Shown: piece after piece, positions 23,532 to 33,427 of the stretch | Layout: each line of letters starts with the position of its first letter | How positions within the stretch are numbered: position 1 is the stretch's first letter | Virus record (IMG/VR): IMGVR_UViG_3300025072_002799 | Location: 1-64,000 of that record | Length of the DNA: 64,000 nucleotides | Reading direction: 5' to 3' (one strand) | DNA from: a virus | Notes under the pieces: model-generated | The model's input: the letters and a program-made list of their open reading frames with translations, nothing else | The model's database searches: none | Told to the model about the DNA's origin: nothing | Position numbers and translations under genes: made by a program

Positions 23532-26176
23532 TATTCCTCCTTTGAGTCATCAACTACATGATATTCATCTTTGGCTCTTGTTTTTGCCACATACCTTGCA
23601 TTTTCCTCTTGTTCAAAATCTGCGTCTAATTTTGTTCTTGGGTGAGGGTACATGCTTGGCGTTAATTCAAACACTCTTTCAAATTCCAGACCTTTGGCTT
23701 TATGAGCAGTTGTAAGAATTACTGGATTTTCTTTCTCCATTTTCCTTTTGTGTTCTATCCTTTCATCTCTCGACATATCTTCACTAGATCCTCCAAGTCT
23801 TTTTTTCAGCCATTTTTTGAAATCCTTAACACTAACATGAGGATCTTCATAGCTTGGTATATCTTTTGACTTAAGCTGCTCTTGTGCAACTTCTATAGAA
23901 GCATGAAGTGCTTGTTGCGCCTCCAACAAATCCTGTAGATGTCCAATCTTTCTTGATTGTCCGCCCCAATCTTCTTTTTTCTTATCAACAAATTCGTCTA
24001 GTTCGTCCCTGAATTCATTTAAATTACTATCATCATTTACATTTTTCCATTTTCCCCAAGCCATAACTCTGTTTACCAAACCAACTACATCATTTGCTAA
24101 ATCTTTTCCATAAATAATAAAAGGTATTTTATGTTTCAAAAGATCCATAGCAGCTTTTGCCAATGGTTCATTTGTTCTTGCAATAAACGCTGTTTGTTTT
24201 TTCATTTCTCCAAGAGATCTCATCTCATCTCCCAAACGATCTATTGTATCGTCATATTTTAGTTCTTGATCGGAGACATATGCTGGATCGTCTGGGTCAT
24301 GTTCTCGACCTGCTCGCAAGTCATTTACAACAGTATTTTCATTGGCGTGATCAATGATTCCTTGTTTTGATCTAAAGTTCATAGTTAAAGGCTTCACCAC
24401 AGAATCTTTGTTTTTAGAGCCGTCAATAAGCATGGATGTAATATCTTTTAGAGCATTATCATCTGCCCCTCTAAATCTATACATTCCTTGATTTTTATCT
24501 CCTACAGCCACTACTCTAGCACCGTTTTCAATTAATTTTTGCAAAAGAACTTTTTGAGATATATTAAAATCTTGAACTTCATCTACAAGAACGTATTTGT
24601 ATTTTTGAGGCTTACTCCAATCCAATTCGTCTGCATGTTGGGCTGCGTACCAAAGATCATCATTGAAATCTCTTAATGTTTTAAGATTTCTTTTTACTGG
24701 CTTATCTAACTTTGTCCATTTCCTTTTTCTTTTGTCATATTTGTGAGTTTGCATAAACTCTTGATCAATTCCATGCGGTTGAGAACTCTTCAAAAGCCAC
24801 ACAGAAGCCTGTATCATTCTTTCCAAAAAGTCTTCACTGGCGAAATTATCTAACCCCATAAATTCAGATATTTGTTCATTAAAGAAATCAGAGTTTCCAT
24901 CTTTTTCCAATCTTTCTTTTGTTTGTTCCAGGGAAGTGTTTATGTCGTGTTCTTCTGCTATTTTTTTAATTCCCTCTGTAGCGTTTTCTGGAGACAGGTT
25001 GTAGGACTTCGCTAAGCCAGTCAATTTCTCTACTTCTTTATTGAATTCCCTCCAGATATTTTTCATATATCCACCAATATAATTTGACATGCCTGGATCT
25101 TCAAAGTGAGGAACGTCTAGATCTTTGATCATTGCCCTGTATTGGTTTCCATCAAGTATTTCTCTTATTTTGCTCGTATTTTTTGCTGGGGCATAATCAG
25201 CAATTCTTTCGGTTGGTTTAACATTGTTTGACTCTAAAACTCTCCCAGCGTAAGAATTTGTGGTAAATATATGCTTTTTCATCCATGTAGGGAAATCTTC
25301 AACAGCCTCTTCTCTATTTTTGGTTCCGAATACCAAATACAACCATTTTTCACCTTCTTTACCGAAATTCTCAGCCAAATGCTTTAACATTGTTGTTTTG
25401 CCAGTTCCGGCTAATGCTGGTATGACCATATGATCATCGTCTTCGCCATCTTTCATTTGTTTGAATCTGTCTGCTATATCCTGTTGCTCGTCAGTCAATT
25501 CAAAAGATTTTTTCTCTTCTTTGTATGTTGATTTGGCTAAGTCACTGGCTTTTGGTCCTTGAACTGTTTTTCCATCTTTGCCTAAGAATCTTTTGAACCT
25601 TTTTGGTAACTCTTCTTGTGACATGTGATAATTGTGCCATTGCAACTTTCCTTTCCAAATAGTCACATATGTCCAAGACCCTTCCCTGTCATCATTCTTT
25701 TTAAGGGCAACGTATTGACCTTTCTTTATTTTGTGAGGAATGCCATGATAGTCCTCAAGTTCTTCATCTTCTACTGCTGTTGCGAGAAGCCATTGTCCCT
25801 TGCCTGAACTTGCTGGAGTTGCAACCCTTCCTTGAGGAACCTGAGATTGCTGTTGTGGAGCGTCTTGAGACTGAGATTGACCGCCTCCTGTCATCATATT
25901 TATATGATCAATAACTTGCTTTCTGCTCCACCTTGTTCCATCTACTTCAATATCTGGAACCCAACCGTCTGGCTTTTCTGCTAGTTTTTTAGAAATAAAT
26001 CCCCACCACCAATCAGGAATTTTATCTATGCTAGGATATTCTGTCCATCCTTTGTTTTTCCCTCCGTAAAATCTTACGGATTCTTGAATTAAATCACCAG
26101 CCAACCATTCTTTGAATGATTCTGCTCGTGGCGCATCTGTTGGGTCACTGTATTGGGGCGTATAAAATTTATTCAT
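23531..26176 (-). CDS. uvrD: UvrD/Rep-family SF1 helicase with a long N-terminal extension
   Basis: ALAGTGKT, DEVQD, VGDKNQ..YRFRGA, NFRS, TAHKAKGLEF and YVAKTRAK motifs. Confidence 0.9.
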   Translation of the reverse strand: MNKFYTPQYSDPTDAPRAESFKEWLAGDLIQESVRFYGGKNKGWTEYPSIDKIPDWWWGFISKKLAEKPDGWVPDIEVDGTRWSRKQVIDHINMMTGGGQSQSQDAPQQQSQVPQGRVATPASSGKGQWLLATAVEDEELEDYHGIPHKIKKGQYVALKKNDDREGSWTYVTIWKGKLQWHNYHMSQEELPKRFKRFLGKDGKTVQGPKASDLAKSTYKEEKKSFELTDEQQDIADRFKQMKDGEDDDHMVIPALAGTGKTTMLKHLAENFGKEGEKWLYLVFGTKNREEAVEDFPTWMKKHIFTTNSYAGRVLESNNVKPTERIADYAPAKNTSKIREILDGNQYRAMIKDLDVPHFEDPGMSNYIGGYMKNIWREFNKEVEKLTGLAKSYNLSPENATEGIKKIAEEHDINTSLEQTKERLEKDGNSDFFNEQISEFMGLDNFASEDFLERMIQASVWLLKSSQPHGIDQEFMQTHKYDKRKRKWTKLDKPVKRNLKTLRDFNDDLWYAAQHADELDWSKPQKYKYVLVDEVQDFNISQKVLLQKLIENGARVVAVGDKNQGMYRFRGADDNALKDITSMLIDGSKNKDSVVKPLTMNFRSKQGIIDHANENTVVNDLRAGREHDPDDPAYVSDQELKYDDTIDRLGDEMRSLGEMKKQTAFIARTNEPLAKAAMDLLKHKIPFIIYGKDLANDVVGLVNRVMAWGKWKNVNDDSNLNEFRDELDEFVDKKKEDWGGQSRKIGHLQDLLEAQQALHASIEVAQEQLKSKDIPSYEDPHVSVKDFKKWLKKRLGGSSEDMSRDERIEHKRKMEKENPVILTTAHKAKGLEFERVFELTPSMYPHPRTKLDADFEQEENARYVAKTRAKDEYHVVDDSKEE

Positions 26177-26238
26177 TTAGGCTTTCTACCATTCATAAAA
26201 ATTAATCAACTATCTTCGTTAACAATGTATATATAAGG

Positions 26239-26856
26239 ATGGCTGACAATCCTCAAATACCTCCTGTAGGCGTTCCTCCACAATATCAACATATGTTTCA
26301 AGGAGCAGAACCCCAAGAAGCTCCCCAACCTTATAAACGTGTTGGGATGAATCAATACGGTCCCAGCGTAAAGAGCATTGCAAGAGGAAGTTTAGTCTGG
26401 TTTAAGTATTTGAATTATCAGCATGACCCAGCACCATTGGTCGTTGTAACAGATATTTGGCCGAATCACATTAGAGGAGTTAATTTGCATTATTTGACAT
26501 TTAATTACATAAAACGCTTATTAACTTTGCATATGCAAGGTCAAGGTCACTTATTCTCATATTTTCATGTAAGACAAGATCAATATTTAGTCAATTCATT
26601 TCGTACATATAAGAGAATGGGTGTAAAGCAAATTAAATCTTTAGACACAGATTTTTTACTTAATGTTCTTGGGAACGTAATGTCTTTTGACCCTGCTGAA
26701 GTTGAGCAAATGAGAGTTTACGTAAGAGAGCAAATGGGAAGAGATCCAAATCAAAAAGCAGAATCAACAACAGAGAAATATATGGGAATGCAACGTGGTA
26801 ACGCTGAGCATGGATTTGAACAGCCCCACCCTCCACAAGAGCCTAGAGGTATTTAA
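26239..26856 (+). CDS. T4 gp2-like DNA end protector
   Basis: D..PLVVV...GVNLHYL...RTY motif. Confidence 0.6.
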   Translation: MADNPQIPPVGVPPQYQHMFQGAEPQEAPQPYKRVGMNQYGPSVKSIARGSLVWFKYLNYQHDPAPLVVVTDIWPNHIRGVNLHYLTFNYIKRLLTLHMQGQGHLFSYFHVRQDQYLVNSFRTYKRMGVKQIKSLDTDFLLNVLGNVMSFDPAEVEQMRVYVREQMGRDPNQKAESTTEKYMGMQRGNAEHGFEQPHPPQEPRGI

Positions 26857-29800
26857 TGGCAGGTAATTTATTTGATGATTTAATGGCAGCAGTCAACATA
26901 ACGCCAGCCGGTGGAGGCAGTAGTGGTGGCGATGCACCTGATCTAGATGATATGATCGGTGCAATAGATGGACTCGAAGAAACTCTTGATAGTGCATCAA
27001 AAACTATGTCGGACATGTTTTCGAGCCTTGGTGAAGACGGAGAAATGGCTGGCGAAGGATTTAGGTCTGCTCGCGATGAAAGCATGGATTACGCAAAAGC
27101 TGTAGACAGCGTTGCAAAAAGCGTTGTTGCCTCGGCTGCTTCTATTGCTAAGGCATCAGTCAACCTTTCTATGGCTTTCACTGGTGGCGAAGGTTTTATA
27201 AAAGGAGTATTCAAAGGCGTTATAAAAGATGAAGTTGAATACCTTCAAGGAATCAGGGAGATTGCCTTTGTAACTCAGGGGATCACTAGAGACACCGAGA
27301 ATCTACAAAACCAATGGCAGGATGTTGGAAAGATTACAAGGATTACCGGGAAAAATATACTCGGATTCCAAAAACAATACATGAAAAACCTTAAAAAAGG
27401 TTATAAAACTCAAGAGAAAACTGTAGAAGTAACTAAAACTGGTCTTAATGTTGCAAATCTGATTGGCGCTGAGGCTGAGAGTACGGCAGATGTTTTTAAT
27501 TCATGGCATATGCAATTAGGAAGAAACACTTCCCAAATCGCTCAAATGGGTCGCGGAATGAGAACTGTTGCTCTTGAAACTGGTGTTATGGGCGACAATT
27601 TAGTTGAAGTCGCAAAAAATTCTGAAAGCACAATGAAAAGACTTCGCAATATGGGAAGTCTAACAGCAGACGCAACTCAAAATCTAATGACAGTGCTGGC
27701 AGAAGCAGGGAAGTTAGGTGCTGGGGAAACAGCAGCCGATCTCACGAATGCACTGAGTGGTATGAGTGGATTCATGGAAGCTTCTGGAGGAATGCAAGCG
27801 ATGCTTGCCAATTCTGGTCTTACAAGGGATGAATTGTTTGGAGGCGAAGCTCTGCAAAGTAAAGAGTCCATGAAAAAAGTTGCCGCAGGCGGAATGGATT
27901 TCATGAAACGCGCTGCCCCTGGACTTGGGGATGATGTTTCATTAGAAAAGCTTAAATCACTTAGTGGATCTGAAAAAGGTGGAATTGACGTACAACTCAA
28001 GGCTATGGGCTTCAAAGAAGGTTTTGCCGGTCTTTTTAACACCATTCAAGCTGCCGAGGAAGCAAGTAAATCATATTCAGAGAAACTTGGTGAGTTGAAA
28101 AAGTCAATGAAAGATGGGGCTAATACAACTCAAGAAAACAAACACATAAATGAGAAGATGGCTGACATGGAAGTCATGGAAAGTCAACGATTGTTGAGCA
28201 AGTTTTTAGAAAACTCTAAACTAAAAATAACACAGGCTGGGAAGGAAGGAGTCTCTGCCAGTGATGCATTCGCTTCTGCAATGAAAACTTCTCTTGCTGA
28301 TGAAGGGGATTCACTTAGTGCTTTGGGTGCCGGTGGTTTAGAAGGTGCGGACAAAATAAGAGCAGTGTTAGAAAAAGCTGCCGCAGGAGTAAACCAACAG
28401 TTGGAGGATGCTGGGATTGATGGCATGACAATTGATCCAAGTTCGATAAAAGATGCTTTGAAAGATCCAAAGCAATATGAGATTCTAATGAAGCAAATGG
28501 ATGAGGCTCAGAAGGCAGCAGATACAGCAGAAAAAGCTGCGTTAGATCCTATGTCAAAAATAGCATTTGAACAGGCAAAGCTTAATGAAACCATGAAAGG
28601 CTATAGTTCGGCTGCATTAAAACATCTTGGTTGGCTGCAAATCATTGCATTCCAATTAACGGCAACTGCCGCCGTCTCTGCTTTGGGTGCTGGAGGATTA
28701 TTGAACAGGGGTGGTGGATTCTTAAAGAGTTTAATGACTAAAACGCCAGGAGCAGCAGGAGCAGCAGCATCATCAGCAGGATCAGCAGCTTCTTCGGCTG
28801 CTGGAATGGCAGGCACACTAGGCGGAAGAATTGCTGGTGGTGGAAAAACTGCTTTGGGGGCTGTTGGGAAAGGTGCAGGTAAAGCGTTAAGAGGAGTCGT
28901 GGGTCCTATAACAACGGTTGTTGGAAACAGCATGGCATCTCTTGGTGCAGCAGCCACAAATCTTGGAACAAAACTTCCAGTTGTAGGAAGTGCTGTTTCA
29001 GGTCTTGGAGGTTCACTAACAAGCATGGGAACATCAATAGCTGCGGTTGGAGCGGGTCCAATTGCTGGGGTAGCTGCTGCCGCTGCGGTCGTTGTAGGAC
29101 TGGCTGGTGGAATTATTCAATCTTTTGCGGCTGCGAAAGAGGCGCACAACATGTTTGGTGTTGCGGTAGATGAAGTGACAATGAAGCAAAAAATGGCTGC
29201 TGAAAGTGCTGGATTCCTAACTGGAATATTAAACACTTTAACTTTAGGATTTTTCAAAGGTGCTTTAGGACCGGCTGGTGATTTGACTCAAAAATTAGCC
29301 AAATTTTTTGACATGTTCCCAGTTGCAATGATGTGGATTCAGGCAATATTGTTGCCATTCAAAATTCTTTGGGGAGTTCTTAAAGGTTTGTTCAGATTTG
29401 TAATAGAAGTATTCAAAGGCATTTGGGAAGGCATAAAGGCAATTCTCACTCCAATACAAGATGCATTCGCCGCTTTGGTTGATCCAATTATGGCAGCATT
29501 CGAACCATTTACTGGTTCTGGCGTAAAGGCAATTAGTGTTGTAGAAGGAATCGCTACCGCATTTCAAATGGTAGGAAAAGTCGTTGGCTTTTTGTTTACG
29601 ATATTAGGAAAATTGATTGGATGGGGTTTAAAGCCATTAATACTAGTGTTTTCTGTTGTTGGAAAAATATTAGGCTTTTTTGCCAAAGTGTTCATGAAAG
29701 TGTTTACTCCAATATACGCATTCTTTGAAGTCATTGTATCAGTCTTGGGGAAAATAGGACAATTGTTTGGTGGCGCAGAAGGAGGCGTTTCGATTTTCGA

Positions 29801-30920
29801 AACTTTAGGTTCAACTTTAGATTCAGTCCTTGGAGCCGTGGGAAAAGCCCTTATGTTTGTCCTGTCTCCACTTATGTGGCTCGGAAAAGTATTGTTTAAT
29901 ATAGTTTCTGTTCTTGGTTCAATTTTCATCATAGCCCCACTTGTTGGATTGTTCAACCATTTCAAAAATACTTTAAGCAATTTGTGGACGGTCTTGAAAT
30001 ATGTAGGGGCATTTTTATATGACACTTTTGCTCCAGAAATTGAATATATTGGTGGAATATTTGAATGGATGGGCGGAATTTTTGGTGCAGTTGGAGAAGC
30101 AGCCAATAGCTTTGGAGAAGCTGTTCAAGGATTGCTGAAAAAGTTTGGACTTGCCGAATTAGAAAAAGGAGACAAAAGAACGTGGGCTGGCTGGGCAGCA
30201 GGGCAAGATAAGGCACCAACTGCGGAGGGTGTGGCAAACGGAGGAGAAAGAACTTGGTTCCAATGGGCGATGGGAGAGGAAAAGACTCAAAAAACCCACA
30301 AGCAAAGAGGAGAGTTGCCAGAGGAGGAAAAGAGTTTCTACCAACATGGAACAAAAAAGGGAAGCATCTATACCCATGACATACATTTAGAAAAATTGCT
30401 AGATCAACTTATTCCAAAGAGTGGCGCAACTGTAGGCATGGGTGCTGTTGGCGCTATGGGAATGGCGGCAATGAATCCTCTTGGTGCTATAGGAGAATCT
30501 TTAATGGCTCCCGCTAATCTTGTGGCATCTGCTTTTGGATTTCCTGAGATGTTTGGCGATGGTGGCGCAACAAAAACAGCAGAACCAAAGTCGCTGATTG
30601 ATGTTGGAGACAAGCTGCAAGCAGATTATGCCTCTGAGGAACCTTCGGCTGGATCAGCAGCTAATGCAAATTTATTAGTTCAATTACTATCTCAACAAGT
30701 GGCTCAAACTGAATTGCTTAGAGAAGGAAATACATATTTAAGAACAATAGCTCTGGCTAATAGCGATAGCGGGTCAGTGGGTGGAGGGACGCTTGATGGT
30801 GGAAGCACAGACACAAAATCTAGACCTTCAATGAGTAAATTGAATGCAAATTGGCCATCTGTGTATCACCAAAGCAGTGCAACTCAAGTAGTAAATAGCG
30901 GGGGTAATGATGGACAATAA
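26856..30920 (+). CDS. tail tape measure protein
   Basis: 1354 aa, Ala/Gly-rich and helical with amphipathic repeats, upstream of the baseplate genes. Confidence 0.85.
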   Translation: MAGNLFDDLMAAVNITPAGGGSSGGDAPDLDDMIGAIDGLEETLDSASKTMSDMFSSLGEDGEMAGEGFRSARDESMDYAKAVDSVAKSVVASAASIAKASVNLSMAFTGGEGFIKGVFKGVIKDEVEYLQGIREIAFVTQGITRDTENLQNQWQDVGKITRITGKNILGFQKQYMKNLKKGYKTQEKTVEVTKTGLNVANLIGAEAESTADVFNSWHMQLGRNTSQIAQMGRGMRTVALETGVMGDNLVEVAKNSESTMKRLRNMGSLTADATQNLMTVLAEAGKLGAGETAADLTNALSGMSGFMEASGGMQAMLANSGLTRDELFGGEALQSKESMKKVAAGGMDFMKRAAPGLGDDVSLEKLKSLSGSEKGGIDVQLKAMGFKEGFAGLFNTIQAAEEASKSYSEKLGELKKSMKDGANTTQENKHINEKMADMEVMESQRLLSKFLENSKLKITQAGKEGVSASDAFASAMKTSLADEGDSLSALGAGGLEGADKIRAVLEKAAAGVNQQLEDAGIDGMTIDPSSIKDALKDPKQYEILMKQMDEAQKAADTAEKAALDPMSKIAFEQAKLNETMKGYSSAALKHLGWLQIIAFQLTATAAVSALGAGGLLNRGGGFLKSLMTKTPGAAGAAASSAGSAASSAAGMAGTLGGRIAGGGKTALGAVGKGAGKALRGVVGPITTVVGNSMASLGAAATNLGTKLPVVGSAVSGLGGSLTSMGTSIAAVGAGPIAGVAAAAAVVVGLAGGIIQSFAAAKEAHNMFGVAVDEVTMKQKMAAESAGFLTGILNTLTLGFFKGALGPAGDLTQKLAKFFDMFPVAMMWIQAILLPFKILWGVLKGLFRFVIEVFKGIWEGIKAILTPIQDAFAALVDPIMAAFEPFTGSGVKAISVVEGIATAFQMVGKVVGFLFTILGKLIGWGLKPLILVFSVVGKILGFFAKVFMKVFTPIYAFFEVIVSVLGKIGQLFGGAEGGVSIFETLGSTLDSVLGAVGKALMFVLSPLMWLGKVLFNIVSVLGSIFIIAPLVGLFNHFKNTLSNLWTVLKYVGAFLYDTFAPEIEYIGGIFEWMGGIFGAVGEAANSFGEAVQGLLKKFGLAELEKGDKRTWAGWAAGQDKAPTAEGVANGGERTWFQWAMGEEKTQKTHKQRGELPEEEKSFYQHGTKKGSIYTHDIHLEKLLDQLIPKSGATVGMGAVGAMGMAAMNPLGAIGESLMAPANLVASAFGFPEMFGDGGATKTAEPKSLIDVGDKLQADYASEEPSAGSAANANLLVQLLSQQVAQTELLREGNTYLRTIALANSDSGSVGGGTLDGGSTDTKSRPSMSKLNANWPSVYHQSSATQVVNSGGNDGQ

Positions 30921-30932
30921 GAAGGAGATTAA

Positions 30933-31511
30933 ATGGGAGATGGTTTAGCGACTGGCGTAAACGGACAATTAAGAGAAATAAGTGAGTGCTTTATAAAATT
31001 AGGTGCTCCCTCAAATCATGAAATTATTTTAAGGGTATTGCCAGAAATATCAGATTCAAAAAGTGCTGCGTACAATGATGAGCCAGTTGTTGGAAGATCA
31101 TTTCCGTTAAAAACGTTTTCTCATGGCGAGAATAGGACAATTTCAATGAATTGCCCTTTCATAACCACGCATAGAGATGACATTACAAGAAACCTAAGTG
31201 ATTTAAAGGCTTTAGAAAGTCTAGTTTATCCAAGAGATGCAGTTGGAAGTCAAAATCCATTTTTGCCACCACCAGTATGTAAGGTTAAATGCGGATCTCT
31301 TTTGGCAAGTCGAGGAAATGTTGGAGAACCTTTGTGTTGTGTGCTAAGAAGTTACTCTGTTAGTTTTCCACAAGATGTACCATGGGATCAAGAAACGTAT
31401 TTGCCTTACAGATATACAGTTAATTTACAATTTGAAGTAGTTTACATAACCTCCGATCTTCCTGGGCAAGAAAAGATATTACAAACCGGAGGTGCTTTAG
31501 GAGGCGCATAA
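30933..31511 (+). CDS. tube-initiator/baseplate tube-fold protein
   Basis: GRS.P...R.IS...YP...PPP motif; position between tape measure and gp53. Confidence 0.6.
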   Translation: MGDGLATGVNGQLREISECFIKLGAPSNHEIILRVLPEISDSKSAAYNDEPVVGRSFPLKTFSHGENRTISMNCPFITTHRDDITRNLSDLKALESLVYPRDAVGSQNPFLPPPVCKVKCGSLLASRGNVGEPLCCVLRSYSVSFPQDVPWDQETYLPYRYTVNLQFEVVYITSDLPGQEKILQTGGALGGA

Positions 31512-31841
31512 ATGGCAAATTTCATTGAAGTGGTAGAAACTGTTTCCCCAACAGATTTCGTACCACAAACAAGCAGATATATTAACTCTGACGTATTGAG
31601 ATATTCTGATCAAAAAAAATTAACTTTTGAAACATACAAAAGATCTGAAACCCCAACATCAGCAGATGATAGATTCATTCTTTTAGACAAAGGAACAGAA
31701 TACAGACCAGATGTTGTTTCTTTAACGGCTTATGGAACTCCAGATTTTTGGTGGAGGATTTTAGAGGCCAACAATATAATTGATATATTTGATTTCAAGG
31801 CTGGTCTAACTGTACGAGTCCCTAACAATGTGGGTTTTTAA
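31512..31841 (+). CDS. gp53-like baseplate wedge protein (LysM-like)
   Basis: RPDVVS..YG.PDFWWRILEAN motif. Confidence 0.8.
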   Translation: MANFIEVVETVSPTDFVPQTSRYINSDVLRYSDQKKLTFETYKRSETPTSADDRFILLDKGTEYRPDVVSLTAYGTPDFWWRILEANNIIDIFDFKAGLTVRVPNNVGF

Positions 31842-31843
31842 TT

Positions 31844-33394
31844 ATGTCATTTGAACCATTTATTACTTCTAGCGAGTTTCATGCAGGGCAAGGAATAAGA
31901 AAGGCGTTAGGGGCAGATCACCGATTCCAAAGTTGGGCACCTTGGATTAAAGCGCAATTTTCTGATGGAGGCGATGTTTTCACTGTTGGAAACCAATCAC
32001 ATCCTCCAGACAATGCTGCTGTAATAAAGGGATTTCAATATTCTTTTAAGTGCAATGGAACTGGGGGCTGCTCGTGTGAATTAGAAATTCATGACACTCA
32101 AGGAGGTAGCTTTGACACCTTTTTCAAAAAATTAAATAAGAAGAATAAAGATATTGCTAAAAATTACGATATGTCTGTCGAATTTGGGTGGGCTGGCCTA
32201 AATTGCGATGGAGTATCTAGCGATCCTGTAGAGGCTCCCTGCACGAGTACATCTGCAAGACCTTTAAAGACTGGTAAAATATTCTTTATGCCCATGTCTA
32301 TATCAACGAATTATGAAAGTGGCAAAATCAAGTTCATAATTGAAGGAGTAGACACAATGCAAAGAATGATTGACACAAGAGAAGATTCTCCGAAAGGAAG
32401 CAATACAGACAAAGACAAAAAAGTGTCAATGCGTGAAGCCATAGTTCAAATGTTCGATGACAGGGGAGTTACTGTCAAATTTCAAAGAGTGACAAAGAAG
32501 GGAAAGTTGGTCGATGTTGGATTTAAGCAAGTTGAAAATTCAAAACCTGACAGCATTGGTCCTGGTCATGGTGGCGCTCAGGGATTGTACAACACAAATA
32601 ATAACGACCCATTTAGGGCTGCGCTTGAATGGTTGAAAGATGCGTTGTCAGAACATGGAGAACTGCCATTTGTTCCAATATGGGATGCATGCAAGGAAGA
32701 TCCTACTTTAATATTCTTAGAAAGCCCTAAGCCATCATGTGATTGTAAGGGTGGATTGCAGAGAAATATGGGGACATATCTTGTAAATGGAGGAGGCGAA
32801 AGTCCAGTAATATCATTTGCTCCAAAAATAAAATGGGCATATCAATACGCCAATCCGAGCGGAGGCGGTGATTCCACCGCGCAGGGCGGAGGAGCTACAA
32901 AGGTTGATGGCTCAGAACCAGACTGTGATCTTCAAGAAGAAAATGGCATGCTTGTCAATCTAATTCCAACTGAACAATCTGGAACCCAACATGGAGGCAA
33001 ACAAAATGAAGAAAATGCAAAGATTGCTCCTAAATTAAACAGGGCTTGGATCAACAATGAGCCAATTTCTTGTCAGTTAACTGTTCAAGGAGATCCAGCA
33101 TTTTTTGCTCCTGTTCAAATGGTTGCAAACGCATTTTCAATAATAGTAGTAAATCCATATCACTATATTAAATCACCGTCTGGCGCAAGTGGAGACTGTG
33201 GAGAGTGGATTGCAGAGCCAACTGTAAATACCCATTTTAGTAACAAAAATTGGATAATAAAAGGTATCACTCATCAAATAAAAGAAGGATCATTCCAAAC
33301 GTTATTTGATATGTGGGTTGCAGCGCCGATGGTGAATATAAGTAAAGATCAGCCAATTGGATGCAAGGGGTCTGGCGGAGTGACAGTCAGTTAA
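31844..33394 (+). CDS. baseplate hub (gp27/gpD-like)
   Basis: Synteny; LTVQGDP and WIIKGITHQI motifs. Confidence 0.65.
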   Translation: MSFEPFITSSEFHAGQGIRKALGADHRFQSWAPWIKAQFSDGGDVFTVGNQSHPPDNAAVIKGFQYSFKCNGTGGCSCELEIHDTQGGSFDTFFKKLNKKNKDIAKNYDMSVEFGWAGLNCDGVSSDPVEAPCTSTSARPLKTGKIFFMPMSISTNYESGKIKFIIEGVDTMQRMIDTREDSPKGSNTDKDKKVSMREAIVQMFDDRGVTVKFQRVTKKGKLVDVGFKQVENSKPDSIGPGHGGAQGLYNTNNNDPFRAALEWLKDALSEHGELPFVPIWDACKEDPTLIFLESPKPSCDCKGGLQRNMGTYLVNGGGESPVISFAPKIKWAYQYANPSGGGDSTAQGGGATKVDGSEPDCDLQEENGMLVNLIPTEQSGTQHGGKQNEENAKIAPKLNRAWINNEPISCQLTVQGDPAFFAPVQMVANAFSIIVVNPYHYIKSPSGASGDCGEWIAEPTVNTHFSNKNWIIKGITHQIKEGSFQTLFDMWVAAPMVNISKDQPIGCKGSGGVTVS

Positions 33395-33427
33395 AGAGGA
33401 TAGGTCAATTAAATAGGTTAAAAAATT

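Noticed and set aside
27677-30613. Multiple minus-strand ORFs inside the tape measure gene
   Set aside because: Antisense shadows of Ala/Gly-rich codons.
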